A stretch of 27,959 nucleotides of DNA. It comes from a virus (taxonomy: Duplodnaviria; Caudoviricetes). The position numbers were made by a program, and so were the translations under genes. The stretch covers positions 1 to 27,959 of the IMG/VR virus record IMGVR_UViG_3300047387_000055; one strand, given 5' to 3'. Below are positions 7,885 through 15,986 of this stretch, piece by piece (position 1 is the stretch's first letter; each line of letters starts with the position of its first letter). The notes beneath the pieces were generated by a model that was not told the origin of the DNA, searched no databases, and worked only from the letters and a program-made list of their open reading frames with translations.

Positions 7885-8071
7885 TTACTACCAGAGAGGA
7901 AACATAGAAGTATGGGATTTCATTAGAGATCAAAGCCTGAACTATCACCTTGGAAACGTAATCAAATATATATGTCGAGCTGGTTATAAAGACAACGACT
8001 TAAAAGATTTAAAAAAAGCTGCCCATTATTTACTCAATGAAATCGAAAATAGAACCAAACAAGATTGCTAG
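7859..8071 (+). CDS. DUF3310 family protein (T7 gp1.7-related)
   Basis: PDYY...IEVWDFI...LGNVIKYICRAGYK...DLKKAAHYL signature. Confidence 0.85.
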   Translation: MKQKKEGPDYYQRGNIEVWDFIRDQSLNYHLGNVIKYICRAGYKDNDLKDLKKAAHYLLNEIENRTKQDC

Positions 8072-9443
8072 AACTGGTCGAGTTCAGCAATGGATTGATA
8101 ATCCAAAGAATCGTCTACCCGTAAGCTGCACGATATTTAACGTCGACGACAGCATGGAAGGAAGTGATGGAATCGAAGCAAGCTGGCGATTTGTGTCGCA
8201 TGCTCTCAGGTTTGGAGCAGGAGTTGCGGTCCACTTGTCGGACCTTAGACCAGCAGGAACAGAAACAAATAAAGGACCTGATACTCTCGTTGCCTCGGGA
8301 CCAGTGTCATTCGCAAAAATCTACTCAACATTAAATGAAATACTTAGACGCGGTGGTACGTACCGCAATGGGGCGTGTGTTATTCACCTCGATATTAATC
8401 ACGCCGATATTATTGACTTCGTGCAAGTCTCCAGACAAGAACTCCCATGGGTTAAACGATGTGTTGACCTCACCTCAGAACTCTGGGCTAATACAGAAGC
8501 TCGAGTCAAGGAAGCAATACTTAGAGGAATTGCAGCAGGAGACATTTGGCTATCAAAAATAAAATATGACAACAATGGGAAACGGATCAGAAGCAACGTC
8601 TGTCTTGAGGTTTACTTGCCCTCACGAGGCACATGCCTTCTCCAACATATCAATCTCGGTGCCTGTCGCATCGGCGACTTACGCCCGGCTTTCAGTCAGG
8701 GTATGTCCGAGCTGTGCAGTCTCCATGGGAGGACAGGTGTTGGAGAGTCTGGAGAGTACCTTAAACCAGAAGATGACAGACAAGTAGGACTAGGAGTATT
8801 AGGTTTAGCTAACTTTCTAGCCAACAACAACATTACATATGCCGAGTTTGGTAAGGCACTAGAGGCAGTTAACAATGCCGAGCCTTTCGAAGGTTACGCA
8901 GGATTAGCTGCACGCGAGCTCTTCCTCGGCATACAAGAAGCAGCTAACATAGCACGTGAGAACAAGATGGAAAGAGCATTCGCTATAGCTCCAACCGCTA
9001 GTTGTTCTTACAGAAGTAGAGATTTAAAAGGTTTCACTTCTACACCAGAAATAGCTCCACCAATCAGCCGCATAGTTGACAGAGATTCAGGTGAGTTTGG
9101 TGTAGAGCAAGTTAAATATGGCGACGTAGAGATCGCATCCGAGGTTGGATGGGAGAGTTATAAGTTAGTGGCAGATCAAATAATGATTATGCTCGAGAGA
9201 ACAGGATTGCTTCATGGCTATAGCTTCAACAGTTGGAGCGATATGGTGACTTACGATGAGGCTTTTATAGAAGAGTGGTTACTCAGCCCACAGACTTCTT
9301 TATATTATGCCTTACAAGTAATGGGAGACACACAGGATAAGACAGATGCTTACGCAGCTCTAGATGATACCTCTGTTGACGACTACTTGGCACAAATTAT
9401 GAGTAATAAACCAGACGAAATATCTTGTGACTGTCAGCAATGA
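8037..9443 (+). CDS. Ribonucleotide reductase catalytic subunit, minimal cyanopodovirus type without ATP cone
   Basis: PVSCT, GAGVAVHLSDLRP, ASGPVSF, RRGG, finger loop SNVCLE, CLLQHINL, R-Q-VGLGVLG, AIAPTASCS and C-terminal CDC; only 468 aa. Confidence 0.92.
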   Translation: MKSKIEPNKIARTGRVQQWIDNPKNRLPVSCTIFNVDDSMEGSDGIEASWRFVSHALRFGAGVAVHLSDLRPAGTETNKGPDTLVASGPVSFAKIYSTLNEILRRGGTYRNGACVIHLDINHADIIDFVQVSRQELPWVKRCVDLTSELWANTEARVKEAILRGIAAGDIWLSKIKYDNNGKRIRSNVCLEVYLPSRGTCLLQHINLGACRIGDLRPAFSQGMSELCSLHGRTGVGESGEYLKPEDDRQVGLGVLGLANFLANNNITYAEFGKALEAVNNAEPFEGYAGLAARELFLGIQEAANIARENKMERAFAIAPTASCSYRSRDLKGFTSTPEIAPPISRIVDRDSGEFGVEQVKYGDVEIASEVGWESYKLVADQIMIMLERTGLLHGYSFNSWSDMVTYDEAFIEEWLLSPQTSLYYALQVMGDTQDKTDAYAALDDTSVDDYLAQIMSNKPDEISCDCQQ

Positions 9444-10153
9444 ACCCCTACATAAAACTATTGTCCAGAAAAAGAACATGGACACCCGTACAAACATCTA
9501 AAGGAAAACTTAAAAGTGGAGCCGAAGAAACCATCTACCGTGCTCTTGCAATACGCCATATGGAGTTACCAGTTGGCGACTTCATTACAGAAGCACTTGA
9601 TAAAGAAGTTCCCGACACTGCACGAGCACTTCTAGAATCAAACGTTCAAGACGAAATTAAACACGATCTTGCACTGGGTTACATCACCAACGCACTAGGC
9701 GTAGATGAAAAAGCCGAAGCCGAAGCACTACGACTACGTGATGCTTGGACTGAACACCCTGACCACACCATTTGTAAAGCATTGGTAGCAGAAAGAGCAA
9801 TCTTTTTTGTTCTTCTACCATTCTTTAGATTCAATGGTGATGCAGGTCTAAGAACAGTAAGTGCAGATATATCAAGAGACGAACAAGTCCACGTAGCTAC
9901 AAACAGTTTGGTGTGTGCAGAACTAGGTCTAAAGCCTAGTCGTTCCCTAGATCTACTAAGGAAAGCAACTATCAACTGGATTATGGAACCACTTAAAAAT
10001 AGTTCCGATAGATATTTGGACAAAAAATTTTGGTTAGATGCCAGCGACAGACTTATGTACGAAGGCAAAGCACCAGAATTTTCACAGACCAAGGCAGCAA
10101 GAATGCCTGCATTTTTTGAACACTCGAATGTCAATCTCCCTCAATACTCTTAG
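9440..10153 (+). CDS. Ferritin-like ribonucleotide reductase small subunit
   Basis: Dimetal ligand pattern E(LPV)...DEIKH...(VA)E...DEQVH; ATGA-coupled to the RNR large subunit. Confidence 0.85.
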   Translation: MNPYIKLLSRKRTWTPVQTSKGKLKSGAEETIYRALAIRHMELPVGDFITEALDKEVPDTARALLESNVQDEIKHDLALGYITNALGVDEKAEAEALRLRDAWTEHPDHTICKALVAERAIFFVLLPFFRFNGDAGLRTVSADISRDEQVHVATNSLVCAELGLKPSRSLDLLRKATINWIMEPLKNSSDRYLDKKFWLDASDRLMYEGKAPEFSQTKAARMPAFFEHSNVNLPQYS

Positions 10154-10316
10154 GCTTTACAACGATAAGCTTGATGACTTAGTGAAGAAGTTAGACGATA
10201 ACTTCGGGTGGGAACCAGTCCACCCAAAAGAATCAATTGAATCAATTATGTATAGAGCTGGACAAGCCAAAGTAGTTGATTATGTCAAATCATTATTAGA
10301 AGAGGACGAAATCTAA
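10128..10316 (+). CDS. Conserved small phage protein (62 aa)
   Basis: MSISLNTLRL...ESIMYRAGQAKVVDYV. The IMYRAGQ-type motif is typical of the gene preceding the virion block in T7-like phages. ATG10128 preferred over 10038. Confidence 0.7.
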   Translation: MSISLNTLRLYNDKLDDLVKKLDDNFGWEPVHPKESIESIMYRAGQAKVVDYVKSLLEEDEI

Positions 10317-10573
10317 TGTGTGTATTCGGAGGCGGATCGCCTGCACCAGCACCACCATTACCACCAGCTCCACCACCTCCTTTACCTCCAACACCTACAG
10401 CACCACCTCCTGATCCTATGATTAAGGATGTGAATCCACAGGTAAGAAGAGCAAAGGATGACCGTGGTAATAAATCTAAAAACCAGTACTCAAAAGGTAC
10501 AGGATCATTAAGGATTAAATTAAATCCAAAAGTAAATACAGGTACAGACCAGACAACTGGGGGTCTTAATTAA
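10316..10573 (+). CDS. Small proline-rich virion protein (T7 gp6.7/7.3-like position)
   Basis: MC- N-terminus, poly-Pro tract, basic C-terminus; TAATG-coupled to both neighbours; immediately precedes the portal. Confidence 0.7.
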   Translation: MCVFGGGSPAPAPPLPPAPPPPLPPTPTAPPPDPMIKDVNPQVRRAKDDRGNKSKNQYSKGTGSLRIKLNPKVNTGTDQTTGGLN

Positions 10574-12135
10574 TGACCGCACGTAAGAGATACAATGAAC
10601 TGGTAACAGATCGAAGACAATTCCTAGACAAAGCCGTTGATTGTTCAAAACTTACGTTACCTTATTTAATTCAAGACGATACATCTACAAGACCTACACA
10701 CGAAACTCTCAATATTCCGTGGCAATCAGTTGGATCTAAGTGTGTGGTAGGACTTGCAGCAAAACTTATGCTTGCAATACTTCCACCACAAGGTTCCTTC
10801 TTTAAGTTTCAGGTAAGAGAAGATAAGTTAGGTGAAGATTTACCTCCTGAAGCGAGATCAGAACTTGATCTTTCTTTATCCAAGATGGAACGAATGGTCA
10901 TGGACTATATCGCTGCATCAAGTGACAGAGTTGTAGTACACCAAGCACTTAAACATTTAATTGTTGGTGGTAATACTCTCTTGTTTATGGGCAAAGATGG
11001 TATCAAGAACTATCCGCTCAATAGGTATGTCGTCAACAGAGACGGAAATGGTAACGTCCTAGAAATAGTTACAAAGGAATTGATAAGTCGAGACGTACTC
11101 GGTCCTAACCTTCCAGTCAAGGAACCTAACACGGGTATCGACGAAACAAATATTGGCACTCGTACTGATGATGTCGAAGTTTACACGTGCGTGAAACTAG
11201 AGAACGGCAGATGGGTATGGTACCAAGAAGTAAATGACATGATAATTCCCGGGTCACGTAGTACAGCTCCTAAGAATGCAAGTCCATGGTTAGTCCTGAC
11301 TTTCAATTCAGTAGACGGAGAACAGTATGGTCGTGGCAGAGTAGAAGAGTTCCTTGGTGATCTCAAATCTCTCGAAGGATTATCACAAGCCTTAGTGGAA
11401 GGAGCTGCGGCAGCTAGTAAAGTAATTTTTCTGGTCAGTCCCTCTTCAACTACGAAGCCAGCCACTATCGCAAAGGCTGGAAATGGAGCCATCGTACAAG
11501 GTCGGGCAGAGGACGTTCAAGTCGTCCAAGTCGGCAAGACAGCAGATTTTTCAACTGCTGCTCAGATGGCACAAACAATTGAGAGAAGATTACTTGAAGC
11601 TTTCCTTGTTATGAATGTAAGGAATGCAGAAAGAGTAACAGCAGAAGAAGTCAGACTAACTCAGTTAGAACTAGAGCAACAGCTCGGTGGAATCTTCAGC
11701 TTACTAACTACATCTTTCCTCATACCCTATTTAGATAGAACACTTTTAGTTTTACAGAGAAGTAACGAACTACCTAAGTTACCTAAAGATGTTGTAAGAC
11801 CAGCAATTGTAGCTGGTGTGAATGCTTTAGGTCGTGGTCAAGATAGAGAAGCTTTAACTATGTTCGTGCAAACTATTGCACAGACATTAGGTCCAGAGTC
11901 ATTGATGAGATTCATTAATCCTCTAGAAGCAATTAAACGTCTTGCTGCTGCACAAGGTATTGATGTTCTAAATCTTGTTAAGACTGAACAACAACTTGCA
12001 GAAGCTAAAGAAGAGCAGATGCAGAATCAGCAGAACCAGACTCTACTTGAGCAGGCTGGACAGTTTGCTAATTCTAAATTAGCTGACTCTCAGAACATGC
12101 AAGGAATGCAACCACCACAAGAACAACCTGAATAA
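10573..12135 (+). CDS. Head-tail connector / portal (T7 gp8-like)
   Basis: PWQSVGSKCV..LAAKLMLA, GEQYGRGRVEEFLGDLKSL and RNAERVTAEEVR signatures; 520 aa. Confidence 0.96.
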   Translation: MTARKRYNELVTDRRQFLDKAVDCSKLTLPYLIQDDTSTRPTHETLNIPWQSVGSKCVVGLAAKLMLAILPPQGSFFKFQVREDKLGEDLPPEARSELDLSLSKMERMVMDYIAASSDRVVVHQALKHLIVGGNTLLFMGKDGIKNYPLNRYVVNRDGNGNVLEIVTKELISRDVLGPNLPVKEPNTGIDETNIGTRTDDVEVYTCVKLENGRWVWYQEVNDMIIPGSRSTAPKNASPWLVLTFNSVDGEQYGRGRVEEFLGDLKSLEGLSQALVEGAAAASKVIFLVSPSSTTKPATIAKAGNGAIVQGRAEDVQVVQVGKTADFSTAAQMAQTIERRLLEAFLVMNVRNAERVTAEEVRLTQLELEQQLGGIFSLLTTSFLIPYLDRTLLVLQRSNELPKLPKDVVRPAIVAGVNALGRGQDREALTMFVQTIAQTLGPESLMRFINPLEAIKRLAAAQGIDVLNLVKTEQQLAEAKEEQMQNQQNQTLLEQAGQFANSKLADSQNMQGMQPPQEQPE

Positions 12136-12926
12136 TGGCAGAAACATTTTCGTATGATAATACTCCTGAAACAGAGGTTCTTTCCGAAGAGGAACAGAAC
12201 TCTCTTGAGGTAGGAGAACAGTTAGAAGCAGAACATGAAGGACTACTAGCTGGTAAATATAAAAATGCTGAAGATTTAGAAGCAGCTTACTTATCATTAC
12301 AAAAGAAACTTGGACAAGAAGAAACAGACTACGAAGAAAGCGACGAAGGATATGAAGAGGAAGAAGGAAGTGATGAGGAGGTATCTGATGAAGCTCCTGC
12401 GGTCAGTTTGATTAACGAAGCTTCAGAAGAATACTATGCGAATGATGGTCAACTTAGTGAGGAAACAATATCTAGGTTCTCCGATATGAGCAGCCAAGAT
12501 TTGGTTAATGCTTACTTAGAGATCCAAGCCAACAATCCGCAAGCTCCTCAACAAGCAGTGCAGCTTTCTGAATCAGATGTAAATCAGGTACAGAATGCAG
12601 CAGGCGGAGAAGCTAACTACAACAGAGTCATTGACTGGGCTGCTGACAACTTAACTGATGGAGCTATAGATGCCTTTGATGCGGTAGTTGACTCTGGTAA
12701 TCCTATGGCAATCAACATTGCTTTCCAAGGTCTACAAGCTGAGTACAACGAAGCTAATGGATACGAGGGAAGAATGCTACAGGGTAAACCTGCATCATCT
12801 TCAGGCGACGTGTACAGATCACAAGCCGAACTTGTCGCAGCGATGGGAGATCCACGCTATGACACCGACCCAGCTTATAGAGCTGATGTTGTAGACAAAT
12901 TAAACAATTCAGATCTTAATTTTTAA
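12135..12926 (+). CDS. Capsid assembly scaffolding protein (T7 gp9-like)
   Basis: Very acidic; LAGKYK..EDLE.AY..LQKKLG, GGEANY and AMGDPRY.TDPAYR motifs. Confidence 0.93.
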   Translation: MAETFSYDNTPETEVLSEEEQNSLEVGEQLEAEHEGLLAGKYKNAEDLEAAYLSLQKKLGQEETDYEESDEGYEEEEGSDEEVSDEAPAVSLINEASEEYYANDGQLSEETISRFSDMSSQDLVNAYLEIQANNPQAPQQAVQLSESDVNQVQNAAGGEANYNRVIDWAADNLTDGAIDAFDAVVDSGNPMAINIAFQGLQAEYNEANGYEGRMLQGKPASSSGDVYRSQAELVAAMGDPRYDTDPAYRADVVDKLNNSDLNF

Positions 12927-13057
12927 TGGCTAATAAAAAGAAAAATGCTTACAAAGACTTTGCAAAAATGACAGCAGAGTTTGGTAAAAATTGGAACACA
13001 ATTAAAACAAATACCAAAAAGAAAAGTGAGCTATATAAAAAACTATTAGATCAATGA
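12926..13057 (+). CDS. Small Lys-rich hypothetical protein (43 aa), not in ORF track
   Basis: MANKKKNAYKDFAKMTAEFGKNWNTIKTNTKKKSELYKKLLDQ*. TAATG overlap with the scaffold stop and ATGA overlap with the hli start. Confidence 0.7.
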   Translation: MANKKKNAYKDFAKMTAEFGKNWNTIKTNTKKKSELYKKLLDQ

Positions 13058-13260
13058 AAACAAAAGATCTAGATACATTATTCGATAACGAATACCCTTA
13101 CGAACCACCAGTCAGAATTATTGAAATGACACACCACAACACACATCCAATTATGACAAAAGAAGCAGAAAGATTTAATGGTTGGGCAGCAATGCTCGGC
13201 TTCGTAGCAGCACTAGGTGCCTACGTAACAACCGGTCAAATTATTCCCGGTGTATTTTAA
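13054..13260 (+). CDS. hli: High-light inducible protein
   Basis: AERFNGWAAMLGF chlorophyll-binding motif and TGQIIPGVF C-terminus. Alternative in-frame ATGs at 13126 and 13153. Confidence 0.95.
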   Translation: MKTKDLDTLFDNEYPYEPPVRIIEMTHHNTHPIMTKEAERFNGWAAMLGFVAALGAYVTTGQIIPGVF

Positions 13261-14340
13261 ATGGCAGCAATCTCAGTAACAAGAGAAAGCACAAGTAATT
13301 GGCAAAAGTTTTGCGAGTGGGTTACAAGCACTAACAACCGTCTCTATGTGGGATGGTTCGGTGTGCTTATGATTCCTTGCTTACTAGCAGCCGCAACATG
13401 TTTTATTCTCGCCTTCATAGCAGCACCACCTGTTGATATAGATGGCATACGTGAACCAGTTTCCGGTTCTTTAATCTATGGAAACAATATTATATCTGGA
13501 GCAGTAGTTCCAAGCTCCAACGCAATAGGACTGCACTTTTACCCGATTTGGGAAGCTGCCACTTTGGACGAGTGGTTATACAATGGCGGACCATATCAAC
13601 TCATTGTCTTTCACTTCTTAATAGGAGTAGCAGCATACGCTGGTAGACAGTGGGAACTATCTTACAGACTAGGAATGAGACCATGGATATTTGTAGCATA
13701 CACAGCACCACTATCCGCAGCTCTCGCAGTGTTCTTGGTTTATCCTTTCGGACAAGGGAGTTTTAGTGATGGTATGCCTCTTGGTATTTCTGGTACTTTT
13801 AACTTTATGTTCGTATTCCAAGCAGAACATAATATACTCATGCACCCATTCCATATGGCTGGTGTTGCTGGGGTATTCGGTGGATCTCTTTTCTCTGCTA
13901 TGCACGGAAGTCTTGTTACTTCCTCACTTATTGCCGAAACGACAGAGGAAGTCTCGCAGAACTATGGTTATAAGTTTGGGCAAGATGAAGAGACATATAA
14001 TATTGTCGCTGCACACGGGTACTTTGGGAGACTAATTTTTCAGTATGCGAGTTTTAATAATTCTCGTTCTCTACATTTCTTTCTTGCTGCTTTCCCGGTT
14101 ATTTGCATATGGCTAACAGCTATGGGAGTTTGCACAATGGCATTCAACCTTAATGGTTTTAACTTTAACCAATCAGTAGTTGATGTTAATGGGAAGATTA
14201 TCCCAACATGGGCTGATGTATTAAACAGAGCTAATCTTGGCTTTGAAGTAATGCACGAGCGTAACGCTCACAACTTCCCACTTGACTTGGCTTCTGCTGA
14301 GTCAACACAAGTTGCACTAACAGCACCATCTATAGGATGA
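13261..14340 (+). CDS. psbA: Photosystem II reaction centre protein D1
   Basis: [50 protein letters not shown] and [15 protein letters not shown]; no intron. Confidence 0.99.
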   Translation: MAAISVTRESTSNWQKFCEWVTSTNNRLYVGWFGVLMIPCLLAAATCFILAFIAAPPVDIDGIREPVSGSLIYGNNIISGAVVPSSNAIGLHFYPIWEAATLDEWLYNGGPYQLIVFHFLIGVAAYAGRQWELSYRLGMRPWIFVAYTAPLSAALAVFLVYPFGQGSFSDGMPLGISGTFNFMFVFQAEHNILMHPFHMAGVAGVFGGSLFSAMHGSLVTSSLIAETTEEVSQNYGYKFGQDEETYNIVAAHGYFGRLIFQYASFNNSRSLHFFLAAFPVICIWLTAMGVCTMAFNLNGFNFNQSVVDVNGKIIPTWADVLNRANLGFEVMHERNAHNFPLDLASAESTQVALTAPSIG

Positions 14341-14450
14341 GCCATCAATCAAATGTTATGAGAGCAAGCATCACTTACTATGCACCTCAAAAGGAAGAAG
14401 AGAAAGAAACTGATAAAGAACTTTCTGACGACGATAACTCTGATAACTAA
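14337..14450 (+). CDS. Small acidic hypothetical protein (37 aa)
   Basis: [37 protein letters not shown]; ATGA overlap with the psbA stop. Confidence 0.55.
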   Translation: MSHQSNVMRASITYYAPQKEEEKETDKELSDDDNSDN

Positions 14451-14526
14451 TATCTTTATCATCTCTGGTGTAACCAGACATTGGCAACCACGTCCGTTCA
14501 TCCCTTCGGGGACGCATGAGAACTAA
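14380..14526 (+). CDS. Small putative membrane peptide (48 aa)
   Basis: [48 protein letters not shown]: basic N-terminus plus one hydrophobic segment. LITNxFIIxGVxRHW recalls small cyanophage hypotheticals (from memory, unverified). Confidence 0.45.
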   Translation: MHLKRKKRKKLIKNFLTTITLITNIFIISGVTRHWQPRPFIPSGTHEN

Positions 14527-14545
14527 GCATGGAACGGGGCTTAGT
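14493..14545 (+). ncRNA. Glutamine-II riboswitch (Downstream-peptide RNA motif)
   Basis: P1 CCGTTC (14494-99) / GAACGG (14532-37); P2 TCCC-TTCG-GGGA (14501-12); pseudoknot ACTAAGC (14522-28) / GCTTAGT (14539-45). Shows the CGTTCA...GACG...GGAACGG consensus and is followed by GGAG and a YRG peptide. Confidence 0.85.
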
Positions 14546-14559
14546 ATATGGAGATAACC

Positions 14560-14613
14560 ATGAAAGTTACTTTCGTATATCGTGGCGTTGCTTACACAAG
14601 AGTAGTCAAGTAG
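14560..14613 (+). CDS. DUF4278-like YRGVxY micro-peptide (17 aa)
   Basis: MKVTFVYRGVAYTRVVK*; Shine-Dalgarno GGAG at 14550-14553; directly 3' of the riboswitch. Confidence 0.82.
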   Translation: MKVTFVYRGVAYTRVVK

Positions 14614-14649
14614 ACCTTTGGGGAGGTGCGAATCCTCCCTACTCAATTT

Positions 14650-14760
14650 GGCTAAAGCCCTCTGAGGAGGATACCTTTAAGCCGTCGACGGTGGGAAAAG
14701 ACCACAAAGCGTGCCAGTCTCACGCTAGACCAATTAAGACTGCAACAATTCTAACGTTAG
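14650..14760 (+). promoter_or_regulatory. Structured RNA leader of the major capsid gene
   Basis: Stems GGCTAAAG/CTTTAAGCC capped by CCTC-TGAG-GAGG; GTGG-GAAAAGA-CCAC; AGCGTG/CACGCT whose loop CAGTCT pairs with AGACTG (14737-42). Confidence 0.6.
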
Positions 14761-14795
14761 GAACGACAATATATACCCTTACTTTTTAAGCAAAA

Positions 14796-15941
14796 ATGGC
14801 ACAACAGTCATCAGCTAACCCTACCTCACTTACACGTCAGGGTCAGCTTAATTCAGCAGGTGACGCTAGAGCCCTTTACTTAAAATTGTTCAGTGGAGAA
14901 ATGTTCAAAGGCTTCCAACACGAGTCAATAGCTCGCGATTTGGTTATGAAGAGAACATTGAAAAACGGAAAGAGTCTTCAGTTCATCTACACAGGTAGAA
15001 CAACTGCTGAGTTCCATACTCCCGGAAATTCAATTTTAGGTAACAGCGACGGCGCACCTCCAGTTGCAGAAAAAACAATAACTTGCGACGACCTATTAAT
15101 CAGTTCAGCCTTCGTGTATGAGCTAGATGAAACACTCGCACACTATGAATTGAGAGGCGAGATATCCAAGAAGATTGGATACGCATTAGCAGAGAAGTAT
15201 GACAGACTCATCTTCAGAGCTATTGCAAAAGGTGCAAGACAAGCTTCTCCAGTAGCTAAGACTAACTTCAAGGAGCCCGGTGGAACACAGATCAGAGTTG
15301 GTTCAACAACTAATGATTCTGATGCTTACAACGCAGGCAACTTAGTTAATGCTTTCTACGATGCAGCAGCAGCACTAGACGAGAAAGGTGTATCTTCAGC
15401 AGGAAGATGTGCAGTACTTAACCCTCGTCAGTACTACGCTTTGATCCAAGACATTGGTTCAAACGGACTTATCAATAGAGACGTTCAAGGTACAGCATTA
15501 CAAGGCGGAAACGGAATCATTGAAATTGCAGGTATTCATATCTACAAGTCAATGAACATCCCATTCTTAGCTAAGCATGGTGTAGCTTATGGCGGAACTA
15601 CAGGTGAGACATCTCCTTCAAACTTAGGAGACCACGTGGGTACAGCTCTAGCTGACGCACGTAAGTCTGTAACAGGACTAAACAACAACTACGGTAACAG
15701 CACAGACTTTGCTAAGTCATGTGGTTTGATCTTCCAAAAAGAGGCAGCCGGAGTTGTAGAGGCTATTGGACCACAGGTACAGGTTACATCTGGCGACGTA
15801 TCAGTCGTATATCAGGGTGACGTAATCCTTGGAAGACTAGCTATGGGAGCAGATTTCCTTAACCCAGCAGCAGCCGTTGAACTATATGTAGGTGCTACAG
15901 CACCAACAGCGTTCGGTACAACATACCCAGAGAACGGTTAA
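14796..15941 (+). CDS. Major capsid protein (T7 gp10-like)
   Basis: ALYLKLFSGEMF, RTLKNGKSLQF, EKTITCDDLLISS and VLNPRQYY motifs; 381 aa; followed by a strong terminator. Confidence 0.97.
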   Translation: MAQQSSANPTSLTRQGQLNSAGDARALYLKLFSGEMFKGFQHESIARDLVMKRTLKNGKSLQFIYTGRTTAEFHTPGNSILGNSDGAPPVAEKTITCDDLLISSAFVYELDETLAHYELRGEISKKIGYALAEKYDRLIFRAIAKGARQASPVAKTNFKEPGGTQIRVGSTTNDSDAYNAGNLVNAFYDAAAALDEKGVSSAGRCAVLNPRQYYALIQDIGSNGLINRDVQGTALQGGNGIIEIAGIHIYKSMNIPFLAKHGVAYGGTTGETSPSNLGDHVGTALADARKSVTGLNNNYGNSTDFAKSCGLIFQKEAAGVVEAIGPQVQVTSGDVSVVYQGDVILGRLAMGADFLNPAAAVELYVGATAPTAFGTTYPENG

Positions 15942-15957
15942 TTTATTCTTTTTATAC

Positions 15958-15982
15958 GGGAGCTTCGGCTCCCTTTTTTTTT
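15958..15982 (+). terminator. Intrinsic terminator after the capsid gene (T-phi equivalent)
   Basis: GGGAGC-TTCG-GCTCCC followed by nine T. Confidence 0.95.
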
Positions 15983-15986
15983 ATTT

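Noticed and set aside
14529-14789. 86-aa + ORF, and the 91-aa - ORF at 14371-14646, in the psbA-capsid spacer
   Set aside because: Both run through the riboswitch and structured leader and have no protein-like features; the 17-aa peptide with an RBS explains the region better.
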